This document shows positions 9,709 through 23,015 of a stretch of 56,677 nt of DNA, one piece after another. The translations under genes and the position numbers were made by a program. The DNA comes from Octopus bimaculoides (lineage: Eukaryota). Position 1 is the stretch's first letter. Every line of letters starts with the position of its first letter. The notes below the pieces were generated by a model, which saw only the letters and a program-made list of their open reading frames with translations, was not told the DNA's origin and did no database searches. The stretch lies in the NCBI RefSeq assembly GCF_001194135.2, contig NC_068996.1, positions 7,555,585 through 7,612,261 on the forward strand, given 5' to 3'.

Positions 9709-11308
9709 TTCTAGAGTGTACCAGCATGTCTTTGACTTTCTTATCAGTCACTGAACTGAGCCATTCTTTTCTATATACACATCTCGTCTGACTGGGTCAC
9801 TTTGAAATATGCATCCACAACTTTCAACTTTTAGTCCTTCTGTAAATAATTAAATGGGTTTAGCTAAAAGCAAAGATGTCTGCAAAATCTGTAAGAGTAA
9901 TTTTAGCTTTTGCTCAGTCGTTGTTTAGCCTGGCATATCATTATTAAGAGGATCAATGATCAACAGCATTCTTTCATCTTATTTTCAGTCTAAATACATC
10001 TAGGATCACCTTATCCATTGCATCCCTCCTTGTTACTGTTGTTTAGCCTGGAATCAACTCTGATCAAGAGGATCTATGAAAAAGAATGTTTCAGCCATGA
10101 CCTCATCTTATTTCTAGACATAATATATCTAGAACTACATTGTCCCATGTATCTTTCCTTGAGTAAGAAGATAGGTAGTGATTTGAAGATGATTTAGTTT
10201 CTATATCTTGCAAGGCAAATAACCACTTAGAGACCCACTCCCACCTTTTTGATTCATTTGCAGTGAGGAACTTGGTCTCGAGTTTTAGATCAGTTTTCTA
10301 TGGTGTTGCTATTGGTTAATGGCAGAAATTTTCAGCAGCATTTTATATATCTATATATCTAGGCATGGTTATATACGTATACAGAAATACATTGGTGCAG
10401 AAGATAGTAAACAATGAAAATAACTGGGTAACGGAAATTATATTTTTTTAATATGATGGGCAGAAAGTAAATAAGAAATTTTTACAGAAAATAAAGAATT
10501 GTACGTGTTGAAGCGAAATTTGTCAGTGAACCAAAGAGCCAGTATCGAAGGAACCAGAAAACAACCATTAACAACAGAAAAACACGAAAACCATTGTAAA
10601 AATAAATAAGTAAATAGTGTATGGATTTAAGTGAAATTTTTGAAGTTACTTCTGTCAGTAAATTATGAACTTACTTTTATCAGTAATTCTGTCAACAATT
10701 TTTGTAGGCAAATTTAACGAAGTGCATGGATTGAAGTGAAATTTATGAAGTTACTTCTGTCAGTAAATCATGTATAAAATTACTTTCTTCAGTAATTGTG
10801 AACTTCTTTCTATCAGTAATTTGTTGTTGTTTGTAAATAACGAATGAAAAGTTACAGTGAAAACAATAGTGATTGAACTTAAAGTGAAAACAATACAGAG
10901 TGAGTGAGATATAGAGAGAGGGGGAGAGAGAGCTAGCTAGTAGGACAAATAAGATAGATATAGATAAATGGATAAGATATAGACAGATAGATTCAGAGAG
11001 ATAGATAGACATAGAGATAGAGATGGATAGAGAGATATAAATAGAGAGATATAGATGTCACTGACTCTAGTAAACTTTCAAAGATGTGAATCTAATATAA
11101 AAAGCAATATTAAATTTTTTTTTTATGACCATTGGATGTAAGGGAGACAATCAGTTTCTGAAAGTTACTTCACAATGAGACCTCCCTTCTCCTTGTAACC
11201 CAGGAATGGGTATTTTCTTTCCCCAGGGGGCCCATTACTCATTATGTGAAAAATACTGCCGTTATAATCTTTTATACACACACACACACACACAGACAGA
11301 ACAGAATT

Positions 11309-11341
<33 letters not shown>

Positions 11342-11347
<6 letters not shown>

Positions 11348-11960
11348 GCTTCTTTCAGTTTCCATCTACCAAATCCACTCACAAGGATTTGGTCAGCCCA
11401 AGGCTATAGCAGAAGACACTAGCCCAAGGTGCCACGCAGTGGGACTGAATGCAGGACTGTGTGGTTGAGAAGCAAGCTTCTTACCACACAGCCACGCCTG
11501 TGCCTATGTTTATATCTGTGTATGTATATGTGTGTATCATTCTATTTTTATTATGCTTTTTATCTTTTATCTTTTACTTGTTTCAGTCATTAGTCTACAG
11601 CCAAGCTAAGGTATCACCTTGAAGAATGTTTAGTCAAACAAATTGACCTCAGTGCTTTTTTTCTTAAAGGTGCTTATTCTGTTTAGTCTGAATAAGTACC
11701 AATTACTGAACCACTAAGTTACAGGGATGTAACACACTAACATTGGTCGTCAAGTAGTGAGGTGGGACAAAGACAGACAGACAGACAGACAGAGAGATAC
11801 ACATACACACACATATTCTTTCATTTTCTGTCTGGAAGGCTCACAAGGCTTTGGTCTGTGCAAGGCTACAGTAGAAGACATTTGCCCAATGTACCACACA
11901 GGAGGACTGAACCCAGAACCATATGGTTGGGAAACAAACTTCTTATCATGCAACTATGCC
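11342..11960 (-). mobile_element. Two adjacent family-A SINE copies (about 11342-11506 head only; about 11570-11960)
   Basis: Homologous to 9068-9462. Confidence 0.75.
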
Positions 11961-12374
11961 TGTCATCAATACCACTACTAACATACTATTCTTGATAATA
12001 AGAATAAAGTTTCTAAAATGGATAGAGAAATTCAAAGGGTTGCTTTGGTTCAATGGCAGAATGTTACTCATGTCTACAGGTGTGGGTTCAACTCCAATGA
12101 ACAGCCTTTGACCTTTTCTGACCAATAGGGTTTTTCAACGTAATTTATACATGCTATTGTGTGTTTATCATTCTGCTTTCTTCTTTGTTGTATATAACAC
12201 TTTATATTATTTTCCAACTAATCCATGACCAATGGATGATAAATATCTTCTTATAAATACTATATTTCATGTACCTTAAATGAGTTGTATATCCAGTAAT
12301 TTATGTGGGAACTCTCAGTAACCTCAGTACTACAATAGAGATACATACATACATACATACATGCATATATATAT

Positions 12375-12791
12375 TAGCTTCATGCCACCTGAAACACATC
12401 AAAATAAATATCCCTTTCAATTTGGCAAAAAGGATTTGCACAATAGTGTCTGGTAGAACAGCTCGGGACCTTCGTCTTCAAGACCTCAAAACAACACTTA
12501 CTGAAAGACAATATCCACCCTCACTTATAGACGAAGGAATTAAACGTGCCAAAAAATTAGACATAAAAACACTAAGAACAACAAAACCTAACACCACACC
12601 TCATCTCAAAACACTACTATTTATATCAACACACAACCCCAGAAACAGTGAGGCATTCAACACTATTGTGAAAAACTCTCCCTTTACTAACTAGAGATCC
12701 AAAAATGAATAACATCCTGAAAATGCACAAACTCATCAAATGCAAAAAGCAACACAAATCACTGAAGAGACTGCTAACAAATGCGAAGCTT
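12375..12791 (+). mobile_element. Penelope-like element ORF fragment (RT thumb/linker), runs into an N gap
   Basis: ASCHLKHIKINIPFNLAKRICTIVS...LTERQYPPSLIDEGIKRA...FISTHNPRN...KKQHKSLKRLLT, typical of the PLE RT-to-GIY-YIG region. Confidence 0.8.
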
Positions 12792-13689
12792 NNNNNNNNN
12801 NNNNNNNNNNNNNNNNNNNNNNNNNNNNNNNNNNNNNNNNNNNNNNNNNNNNNNNNNNNNNNNNNNNNNNNNNNNNNNNNNNNNNNNNNNNNNNNNNNNN
12901 NNNNNNNNNNNNNNNNNNNNNNNNNNNNNNNNNNNNNNNNNNNNNNNNNNNNNNNNNNNNNNNNNNNNNNNNNNNNNNNNNNNNNNNNNNNNNNNNNNNN
13001 NNNNNNNNNNNNNNNNNNNNNNNNNNNNNNNNNNNNNNNNNNNNNNNNNNNNNNNNNNNNNNNNNNNNNNNNNNNNNNNNNNNNNNNNNNNNNNNNNNNN
13101 NNNNNNNNNNNNNNNNNNNNNNNNNNNNNNNNNNNNNNNNNNNNNNNNNNNNNNNNNNNNNNNNNNNNNNNNNNNNNNNNNNNNNNNNNNNNNNNNNNNN
13201 NNNNNNNNNNNNNNNNNNNNNNNNNNATATATATATATATATATATACATATTAGTGGTCTCAGTACTGGAGTTGGTGGGGATTTATCTCCTTGCTAGAA
13301 ATGTAAACAAGCAAGTGTTTTGCACCAAAAGCATATAAGTGAGTTTTTCTCATGGCATCTACCACAGTAAAGTTGTAAAGCTTATTCTAACAGAAAACCC
13401 ATATTTAAATGAGAATGAGTATTGCCACTCAGTATCAATACTGCCTCTGTTGCTAATATATATACAGGTGCCTTTGTATACAAATACTGAGAAGAAATCC
13501 TGCAGAACAGATGTCATTTTAACAAAATATATCTTGTATTCATCTGAGGAGACACATCTACACTGACGGATGCACTTAAACCAGATGTTCAGTATCCCAC
13601 CTGTGAGGGATCAATGCTAAGTGGGTTGAAACAACTGTAGTAATCAATAAAGATTCTTGAATCTTCCATCTTCTGTCTCTCTCATTAAT

Positions 13690-13731
<42 letters not shown>

Positions 13732-13880
13732 TCAGTAAATAGTGGGGTTGTGTTAACCGCACGTGGAGAAATAATAGGAAAATGAAAAAAAGCCAGAATG
13801 CTGAACTGGAAGCATAATTAAATGAAAAAATCTTTATTAAATTATGCTTCCAGCTCAGCATTCTGGCTTTTTTTCATTTT

Positions 13881-13940
<60 letters not shown>

Positions 13941-13942
<2 letters not shown>

Positions 13943-14720
13943 CATGGTCTGATCAATAAGTATCCAGACTATTGCCATAGTAACGAAGCTAAAGCCCACA
14001 GAGTGAAGCTGTTTGGCACAGGTTGACCTTGAATTCTGCTGTGCATGTGCAGTAAGTTTTAACGTTCTAGTTCACTTCCACTGTTTACAGCAGTACTTGG
14101 AAGGAAGGTGTGTAGCATGTGATTGTTGCATTGGCCATGACAGAAAAAGTTGAGCAGAGGATCTGCATCAAATTTTGCCAAAAGCTTGGCGATACCTGCT
14201 AAGAGGCCTATACAGAGTTTTCATAAAGTTCTCGTTGTTCTTTACACAATCAAGGAGATCTTGTGCAACTGAAATTTGAGTGTGGTTTTGGTCAGCTGAA
14301 AGCAGCTTCTGCAGAAACTTGGCAGACATGTCTCTCATAGCCAAATCTTCAGCGATAATGGACTGAACTAAACCCTAACTAATCTGCATATCCTCTGATA
14401 ACTCATGGATGGTGATTCAATGATTTCCCTTCACAGTTGCACATATATCTGTGATATTTTTATCAGTTCCGCTGGTTGCAGGTTTCTCAGAATTTTCATC
14501 AATATCAACACTTTTTCGGCCATCTTGGAAACATCTGAATCACTCATACACTTGTGCGTGGCTCATACACTCCTCCCTATACACTTTCTGCAACTTTGTG
14601 TCAGCCTCTGAGCAGGTGTCTCCATGACAACCTTCTTTGTCATAGTCAATGCGCCGATCACACACCTTCTTTCCAAGCACTACTGTAAACAGCGGAAGTG
14701 AGCTAGAATGTTAAAACTTA
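13941..14720. mobile_element. Non-autonomous mariner derivative made of two converging 5' halves
   Basis: Left: TIR-like TACATGGTCTGATCAATAAGTATCCAGACT, 5' UTR, then MTEKVEQRICIKFCQKLGDTC (+, ATG 14137). Right (14214-14720): the same 5' UTR and transposase N-terminus on the minus strand (ATG 14643). Confidence 0.75.
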
Positions 14721-15229
14721 GTGTGATTACATATATACACATGCATACTATTTGGTCACCGACACACACACATTCACATGTGCACACACCATCTGAACAA
14801 GGGCACATCAACTGCTACATACAACGCACATATTAGACTCACTCGCTACCATTCACATATCCACACTCACACACACCATTCTTACATACACACACACATG
14901 CTTGCAGACCTTAGTTCGTTGGGGTCACCATTACTTTTACTGCTGTTATAATTACTATTATTATCTCCCTTTAATTCAACCTCTTTTTTCCAGTCATCTC
15001 ACCATGTTGGACCATTGAAGTCTGCACATGTTTTCTCTCTCCGTTTTTTTTTTTCATTCTTTCTCCGTTTTTTTTCATTCTCTCTCCATTTTTTTTCCTC
15101 TTAATTCTTTCTGTCAAAGTGCCTTAGTATTGAAACGTAAAAGACCTTTCCATTTTTACAAAGCATTAAACTAATACACCTGGATGTTCCTACACCTGTC
15201 TTCATCTTTTGTTTTCTGTAACTTTGAAC

Positions 15230-15324
<95 letters not shown>

Positions 15325-15879
15325 GTGTATACATGTGTGTATGAAGATGTGTATGATATCCTGGATGCAATATGTGACTTTCCCTATTGAAAATGGTATG
15401 GAGTGATACAAGGAAAATTTATCTACTATTTCTAGCACACTGAATGACTGCATTCAGGTTCCAACTTTGGCTTGAGAATGTCTTACTCATTGCTGAATCT
15501 AGTTTGAGACATTTTCACTTTTCGGCTGGAAACAATTCATTCTACTCATAAATTGTATTTACATTACAACTTCTCATACATTACACCTGTAAATCATCCA
15601 GATGTTCTATGTCTGTCATCAACACTACCGTCAACATAACATTCTCCCTTATAGTAATAAAGTTTCTAAAATGGAAAGAAAAATTCAAAGGATTTCTTTG
15701 TTCAAATGGTTCAAGTCCCAGAGACATTGTCTTGAAGGGTTTTAGTCAAACAAAAGTATCCAAAAGGTTTCTTAAAATCTAGTATTTACAGGTTATTAGT
15801 GAAGATCCACTGTTGCATAAAGAAATTATTTCATGTTCTCTGAAAGTTTCTAAATTCTTATTGTTTCAGTATATATGTA

Positions 15880-16125
15880 TGTGGAGGCATGTAACCTAGG
15901 GTGCCAGCACCATGATCGTAAGATTGTGGTTTCGATTCCTGGACCAGGCGACGTGTTGTGTTCTTGAGCAAAACACTCCATTTCACGTTGCTCCAGTCCA
16001 CTCGGCTGGCAAAAATGAGTAATGCTGCAATGGACTGGCGTCCCGTCCAGCTAGGGAACACATACACCATTGAAACCAGGAAACCGGGCCCATGAGCCTG
16101 GGTAGGCTTTAAAAAGGGTGCATTT
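15880..16125 (+). mobile_element. tRNA-derived SINE (family B)
   Basis: GGTTTCGATTCC B-box, then GTTGTGTTCTTGAGCAAAACACT..ATTTCACGTTGCTCCAGT, also seen at 25255-25530 and 36950-37240. Confidence 0.75.
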
Positions 16126-16147
16126 ATTTTATTTTTTATATGTGTAT

Positions 16148-16420
16148 GTATATAAATCATCATCATTTAACATCTTTCTTCCATGCTGGGATGGATTGGA
16201 CAGTTTGATTGCAGATGGCCAGGCAGATGACTGCACCATACTTCTGTGTCTGTTTTGGTATGGTCTTTACAGCTGGAATACCAACCACTCTGCAGAGTGG
16301 ACTGAGTGCTTTTTACGTGGTACCTGTACAGGTGAGGTCAGTTTTTGCATGGTTTTAACACTTCAGTGTGGACTGGATGCTTTTTATGTGGCACCAGCAC
16401 TGATAGGGTCACGAAGAAAC
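16148..16420 (-). mobile_element. Degenerate RTE-type 3' end
   Basis: ATCATCATTTAACATC..TTCCATGCTGGGATGG...CAACCAC...GAGTG...GCTTTTTACGTGG, the reverse complement of the RTE tail. Confidence 0.6.
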
Positions 16421-16779
16421 TTACAAAACAAGGTATTTTGAGAGGTGAGGGGGAATTGGAGGAAGTTATCTTGTGTTGGATGATGAAAGGTTAGAGTGGG
16501 ACAGAGAGACAGAGAGGCAGAAACAGGTGCTTTCTTTCTCATTATTATTATTTTTTAAAAATGATCTTAGTTGCTCAATACTTGACAAGCAATATATGTT
16601 TCACTATTATTATTTGAAATGCAGTGACATTCATTTCTAGTATTCTGTAAGAACATGTTTGACCATACTAAGAATTAGTTAAGGGTTGGCGAAAGGAAGA
16701 GCATCGAATAATCTATGTTTGACCCATGCAAGCATAAAAAAAATGATCATTAGGTGATGATGAATGAATGATATATATG

Positions 16780-17158
16780 TTTGGTAAGAAGTTTGCTTCC
16801 TATTCACATGGTTCTGGGTTCAATCTCATTACATGGCACTTTGGGCAAGTGTCTTCTACATAGCTTTGGGTTGACCAAAGCCTTGTGAATGGATTCAGTG
16901 GAGAGAAACTGAAAGAAGCCTGTCGTATATATGCATGTGTGTGTTTGTGTGTGTGTGTGTGTGTCCCACCACAGCTTGACAACCAGTGTCAGTATGTTTA
17001 CATCGCTGTGACTTAGTGGCTTGGCAAAAGAGTCTGATAAAATAAGTATCAAGCTTAAAAAAAGACAAACACTGAGGTTGATTCATTTGACTACAAATTC
17101 TTCAAAACAGTGCCCCAGCATGGCCACAGTCAAATGACTGAAACAAGTAAAAGAAAAG
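16780..17158 (+). mobile_element. Family-A SINE
   Basis: Homologous to 9068-9462 in the opposite orientation; ends GACTGAAACAAGTAAAAGAAAAGA. Confidence 0.8.
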
Positions 17159-17332
17159 ATATTATATATATGAATAGCAGCAGCGTTACATTAATGTCTA
17201 CATTTCCATGATTACATGATGTCATTCCTTTGCCAACCCCCATTTGTTTCGTGTGAATTTAATAATTTCACAGTTTATTGAACAACTAACAGCCAGGATA
17301 TGTTTTATGAGTGAAAGTTAAAACAACAATGC

Positions 17333-18672
17333 TTAACCCTTTAGCATTCAGATTGTTCTGTCAAATGTAATACTGAAAATGTAGCTGCTAGAATAAGAAT
17401 AGCCTGGGCAAAGTTCAGAGAGCTCTTACCTCTGCTGGTGACAAAGGGCTTCTCACTCAGAGTAAAAGGTAGACTGTATGACGCATGTGTGCAAACAGCC
17501 ATGCTACATGGCAGAGAAACATGGGCCGTGACTGCTGAGGACATGCGTAAGCTTGCAAGGAATGAAGCCAGTATGCTCTGATGGATGTGTAATGTCAGTG
17601 TGCATACTAGACAAAGTGTAAGTACTTTGAGAGAAAAGTTGAACCTAAGAAGCATCAGATGTGGTGTGCAAGAGAGACGACTACACTGGTATGGTCATGT
17701 GGCGAGAATGGATGAGGATAGCTGTGTGAAAAAGTGCCACACCCTAGTGGTTGAGGGAACCTGTGGAAGAGGTAGACTCAGGAAAACCTGGGATGAGTTG
17801 GTGAAGCATGACCTTCAAACATTAGGCCTTACCGAGACAATGACTAGTGACTGAGACCTTTGGAAATATGCTGTGCTTGAGAAGACCCGGCAAGCCAAGT
17901 GAAACCATAACCTGTGGTCTATTCCAGGGGTGTAACCAGCCCACTTATGTGTACCTTTCCTTCATTAGACACTAAACTCTGCTTGCGAAGACCTGTTGAG
18001 GTAAGTGAAATCGAAATCAAATTCGACGACTGGCATCTGTGCTAGTGCAGTGCTAAGAGCACCATCCAACCGTGATCATTGCCAGAGCAGCTAACTGGCT
18101 TCCGTGCTGGTGGCACATAAAAAGCACTATTCGAGCATGATCATTACCAGTATTGCCTTACTGGCACTTGTGCCGGCAGTACGTGAAAAATATTTGAGTG
18201 AGGTCATTACCAGTGCTGCTGGACTGGCTTCTGTGTGGGTGGCACATAAAAAACACCATTTTAGCGTGGCCATTGCCAGTACCACCTGACTGATCCTCGT
18301 GCTGGTGGCACATAAAAGCACCCACTACACTCTCGGAGTGGTTGGCATTAGGAAGGGCATCCAGCTATAGAAACTCTGCCAGATCAGATTGGAGCCTGGT
18401 GTAGCCATCTGGTTTCGCCAGTCCTCAGTCAAATCGTCCAACCCATGACAGCATGGAAAGCAGACGTTAAACGATGATAACAATGATGATGATGATGATG
18501 AAGTTTTGAATTAATCATGCATTACCTTGTAGCTTTGAAACTTCAATGATGTGATTGTTTATTTTTAAAATGACATTGTAGGGTAGGTGTGAAAAGTCAG
18601 ATCTAGCTGGTTTGAACTTAAAACAGGCAGAATATTTGGGCAAGATATAGATGATTTAAATACTACATGTTT
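17333..18672. mobile_element. piggyBac-like MITE (TTAA-CCCTTT end) interrupted by an RTE LINE
   Basis: TTAACCCTTTAGCATTCAGATT...TGTCAAATGTAATAC at 17333-17373 resumes at 18502-18672. A homologous interrupted copy lies at about 25214-25905. The right end is degenerate, so the superfamily is inferred. Confidence 0.55.
17374..18501 (+). mobile_element. 5'-truncated RTE-clade LINE with a fully sequenced 3' UTR
   Basis: ARIRIAWAKFRELL...MLHGRETW...ERRLHWYGHVARMDEDSCVKKC...GRGRLRKTWDE...TSD*; 3' UTR with tandem units; (GAT)n tail. Confidence 0.92.
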
Positions 18673-18799
18673 GCAAAGATAATGCAACATGTCAAGACAT
18701 GTCAGATATCCTTTCCTGGTGGACTGAAAAGTCAGTGACATTTGTATGAAGCCATTGTTTATGTATCTTCTTTTATCTCTTAATTGTATCAATCATTAG

Positions 18800-19100
18800 A
18801 CTGCAGCCATGCTGGGGCACTACCTTCAACAATTTTAGTCAAATGAATTTCTTTTAAAACCTAGTACTTATTCTTCTGGTCTCTTTTGCCAAACTGGTAT
18901 GGTACAACTAAATTCTTTCTCAATACCAATATTGGTTTCAACATTTGGCACAAGGCCAGCAATTTTGTAGGTGGGGGACTAGTCGATCACACTGACCTCC
19001 CACTTCTCAACTGGCACTTATTTTATCGACCCCTCTAAGTAGATCTCAGCAGAATTTGAACCCAGTGCGTAAAGACAAATGAAATGCTGCTAAGCATCTT
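18800..19100 (-). mobile_element. SINE fragments (family-A tail at about 18800-18890; family C at about 18930-19100)
   Basis: GCAGCCATGCTGGGGCAC..TTAGTCAAA and GGCACAAGGCC...GAATTTGAAC..GCTAAGCAT motifs. Confidence 0.55.
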
Positions 19101-19529
19101 ATTAAAAAATTAATAATATTACAATATTTTAAAGTTATTGAGTTGTAGGTTCTGCCTAAAACATCAGACCTTTTTCCTTTTCACTGATTTATGAACATTT
19201 TGTAGCTACCATTACCAACACAGCAGACTACCACAATTTTCTTCAAATTTTACAGTTATACTATCAGACTAATGCCATAATAGGTTTAGTTAGGAACCTT
19301 CTTTAAATTTTGAATTTAAAATCCTACAGAGATGAATTTTTCTTTTATCATTTCAATATCAGTATAAAAATGGGTATTGGTTATATAATGGGACTAATTA
19401 TATCAATTACACTATAATTCTCTGCAAAATTTATTGGAATATCTACCCAAGTTAGTTACCAATTCATAAGTTAGCAAACCAATATTATTCTTCTTGGTTG
19501 GTTTTTGTGTTCAAGAAAAATGATTCCAC

Positions 19530-19760
19530 AATTTCTTGCCAAATGACCTGCACAAATGATTTGTTAATAGTGATCAAATGTTTCTGCTGTACACTAGCTC
19601 ACTCCCTTCATCAAATTGACATCACCTGAACAGGTGTACAGTGTGCAATGTGAAATTAAGTATTTTGCTCAAGAACACAATGCATCACCTGGACCAAGAA
19701 TCAAAACCACGATCTTGCAATCATAAATACAACACCCTAACCATTAGGCCAAATACTCTC
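19530..19760 (-). mobile_element. Degenerate family-B-like SINE
   Basis: TTGCTCAAGAACACAATGCATCACCTGGACCAAGAATCAAAACC is the reverse complement of the family-B head. Confidence 0.55.
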
Positions 19761-20159
19761 ACAGCAAAACCAATAATTCATTATTACAAATTAGCAACAA
19801 ATATTACAAAAGACAGTTGATGGTAACTTAGAATTTGAACTTGGAATATCAAATTAAGTCATTAGACAAAGAATGCCTTAGGGTATTTAAAATGTTTTTT
19901 GGTTTTTTTTCTTAATGAACTAAAGTTAAAATCCTATAAAAGGAATCTTTCCTACTGCTGGCTACTTCAACATCTCAGGGTCAAGAAAATAAGTACTAGT
20001 GAAGTTCTGAGGATAATCAAATATACTACATCACTTTTATCTTTCAAAATTATCAAAATATAAACCGAATATTTGATCCAATGGCACCTAGATAGTACCT
20101 TGGCCAAGTATCTTCTACTGTAATTCTTAGTTCACTTATAATTAAAATTTCACCAAACT

Positions 20160-20450
20160 GAGGTACAAAGACACTCTGAAAATATCCTCAAATGGAGTGG
20201 CATTAGCCCACATGAACTCGGAGCCTCTGCCACAGAGAGATCAGTGTGGAGGTCTCTCACCTCATGAGAAACAGCTGCCTTTGAAGAAGGCTGGTGACAA
20301 CATCTTGATGCTGCAAGAGAAAGATGTCACTGGGCAACATCTGCCTCAATCCAGTCAACAGACCATCGCTGTGATATCTGTGGATGCCTGTGTGCCTCCA
20401 GCTTTGGACTATGGTGTCATGTGCTCTCATCACTGAACACAGACTTTGTT
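20160..20450 (+). mobile_element. Old RTE (BovB-like) LINE 3' end
   Basis: RYKDTLK..KWSGISPHEL...ERSVWRSL...AFEE...RCDICGCLCASSFGLWCHVLSH, with a C-terminal CxxC...HxxxH pattern. Confidence 0.65.
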
Positions 20451-21394
20451 GTCACCAGACATCAATGGACTACTTACCATTATGTATTTACACACACACA
20501 CACACACACCAATTTACAAGACATTTCTCAGGACAGAGAATATTCCAATTTCAAAGACATAACCCACTTGACAGTTTTGAGATAATACTAAACATAAAAA
20601 AAGGTTTCAATTCTTTCATATACTTTACCAAGACATTTTATTAGTGGCTCAATGGAACATTGATTCTGTAGATCACTTATAGTATTACAGCATTTACTTT
20701 TACAATATGGAGACATGGTAAGTTTTGCATAGATAATCCTCCTAGGGCTGAATGATGGCCTATGGACAAACTTTTTCCTCTATGGCATAGTAAATTATTT
20801 CAGTTTACTTTAGGAGGTCCCTTCTACCTACCTGCTCTGCCAGATTACAGTTTTCTTAATGCTTGAAAATATAATGCAGCTCTTGATGGTCCAGATCAGG
20901 TATGCAATCTATGTGGGTGTCTTTTCATTACATTGTCTTGTTTAAAAAGCCACATCAGATGCCATGATGGATCTAAAGTGTAGGTACAGGAGGTGGTCAA
21001 ACTCTGCATAAGGAGTAGACAACCACCAAACACACACACACACACATAATACCTATGCATCCATCTTCTCCGTCCACTATTCCTGGGAGTGTTGTGGTAA
21101 TAAAGTTCTCAGGCACTTTCTCCATCATATCTTATCAAAAACAACTATCATTACACTTTCCTGCTGGATTTCCAAATATGATCAACTGAAACTATGGATT
21201 GGATATTATGCAATTATTTCATTCTTGGTCTACTCTTAAGTCTCTGGCCTGTTGGTTTGGCTTGAAGATTCCATCTTGTAATTCTTCCCTGTGACATTTC
21301 AATCACATGTCTATTGTGCCAAATCTGAGACCTCTCAATGCAGAGAAGTAGGGGTTTGACCTTGAGTAACTCCTTGTATGCACATACACTTTTA

Positions 21395-21800
21395 TTCTTT
21401 TACTTGTTTCAGTCATTTGACTGCAGCCAAGCTGGAGCACCACCTTAAAGGGTTTTAGTTGAAGAAATTGACCTCAGGACTTATTCTTTGTAAGGCTAGA
21501 ACTTATTCTATCTGTCTCTTTTGCTGAACTGCTAAGTTATGGGGATATAAACACACCAACATCAGTTGTCAAGTGATAATGGGGCGGGGGATACAAACAA
21601 AGACACAAAGATACGTACACACACACACACACATGTATGCGAAGGGCCTCTTTCAGTTTCTGTCGACCAAATTCACTCACAAGGCTTTGGTCGGCCTGCA
21701 GCCATAGTATAAGACACTTGCCCAAGGTGCCACATAGTGAGACTGAACCCAGAACCATGTGGTTGGGAAGCAAGCTTCTTACCACACGGCCATGCCTGCA
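21395..21800 (-). mobile_element. Family-A SINE, near full length
   Basis: Homologous to 9068-9462. Confidence 0.85.
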
Positions 21801-22960
21801 CCTGAATACCTAAATATATGCACATGTGTGTCTGTGCATACTGATGTAAATCAGTGCATCACTTTATGCCATAAATGCAAAAAATGTAAAAACTTTGTAA
21901 TCCGATAAACTGAGATTGATAAATATCAGAGTGAAATAAGTAATGCTATGAATATGATGAACTAAACACCATTGAAGGCAGTGCCCCAGTATGGCCACAG
22001 TTGAATGATTGAAACCAGTAAATGAACAGTAAAGGAATAACTCTAAAGAAGGGAATGGGAAATCAGCTTTATTGTTAAATATACTTTTAGACACAAGGAA
22101 ATGGTTTCATAACATTTAATGTATGACTTGCTTCAGTCTTTAGTCATTCATCATTAATCTTTCATTATCTGCTGAGGCATTTTAATTCGGGTCTTTGTGT
22201 TTGAATAGAACTTGCAAAAGAATCACACACAGGAAATTATTATATGAGAGAAAGACAGACGGAAAGAAAGAATTATATATTTATAAATATGGGGAGAGAG
22301 AGAGCGAGAGAGAGAGAGAGCGAGAGAGAGAGAAAGACAGACAGACAGAGACAGATAGACAGACAGACAGACTAAGACAGAGTGAGATAGACAGAATGAG
22401 AGAGACAGAGTGAGAGAGAAGAGAGAAAACTAGAGAGAGGAGAGAGTAAAAGAGATAGAAACCAGAGAGAGAGCAGAAATATGAAAACTAGATGGAACTG
22501 TTTAATGTCTATGTGTGTGTTTGTGTGTATCTATGTGCGGGTGAGTGTGTGAGTATGTGTGTTTGTGTATGTGCAAATGGTGTTTGTGTAAGACTATATG
22601 CATTGTGTGATGTAAGTACTGAATGGGTGTGATGAAGGCAACTGATTAAAAGTAAAAAGCATGAGCGAATTAACAAAAGACATTCGTGAAATAGAAAGAA
22701 ACCAAAAGTCAAAGTGAAAAGAAAGTATATACTGGCGTGTGTGCATGTATGTGCATACTTATCCTTATGTACACATACATGCATGCACACCCCAGCACAC
22801 ACACACAGTACATATATATTGATAGGTATATACTCAAATATATACATATATATATGCACTTATACACCCTTATATACAATATCATGTATATACACATGTA
22901 TATATAATATACATATATTTATATACATGTATATATACATATGTGTGTGTATATATATGT

Positions 22961-23015
<55 letters not shown>

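Noticed and set aside
18090-18320. CRISPR-like appearance of the repeated units
   Set aside because: Eukaryotic LINE 3' UTR with diverged units, no unique spacers and no cas genes.
20700-21350. Faint RTE-like RT C-terminal similarity on the minus strand
   Set aside because: Too decayed to delimit or classify by eye.
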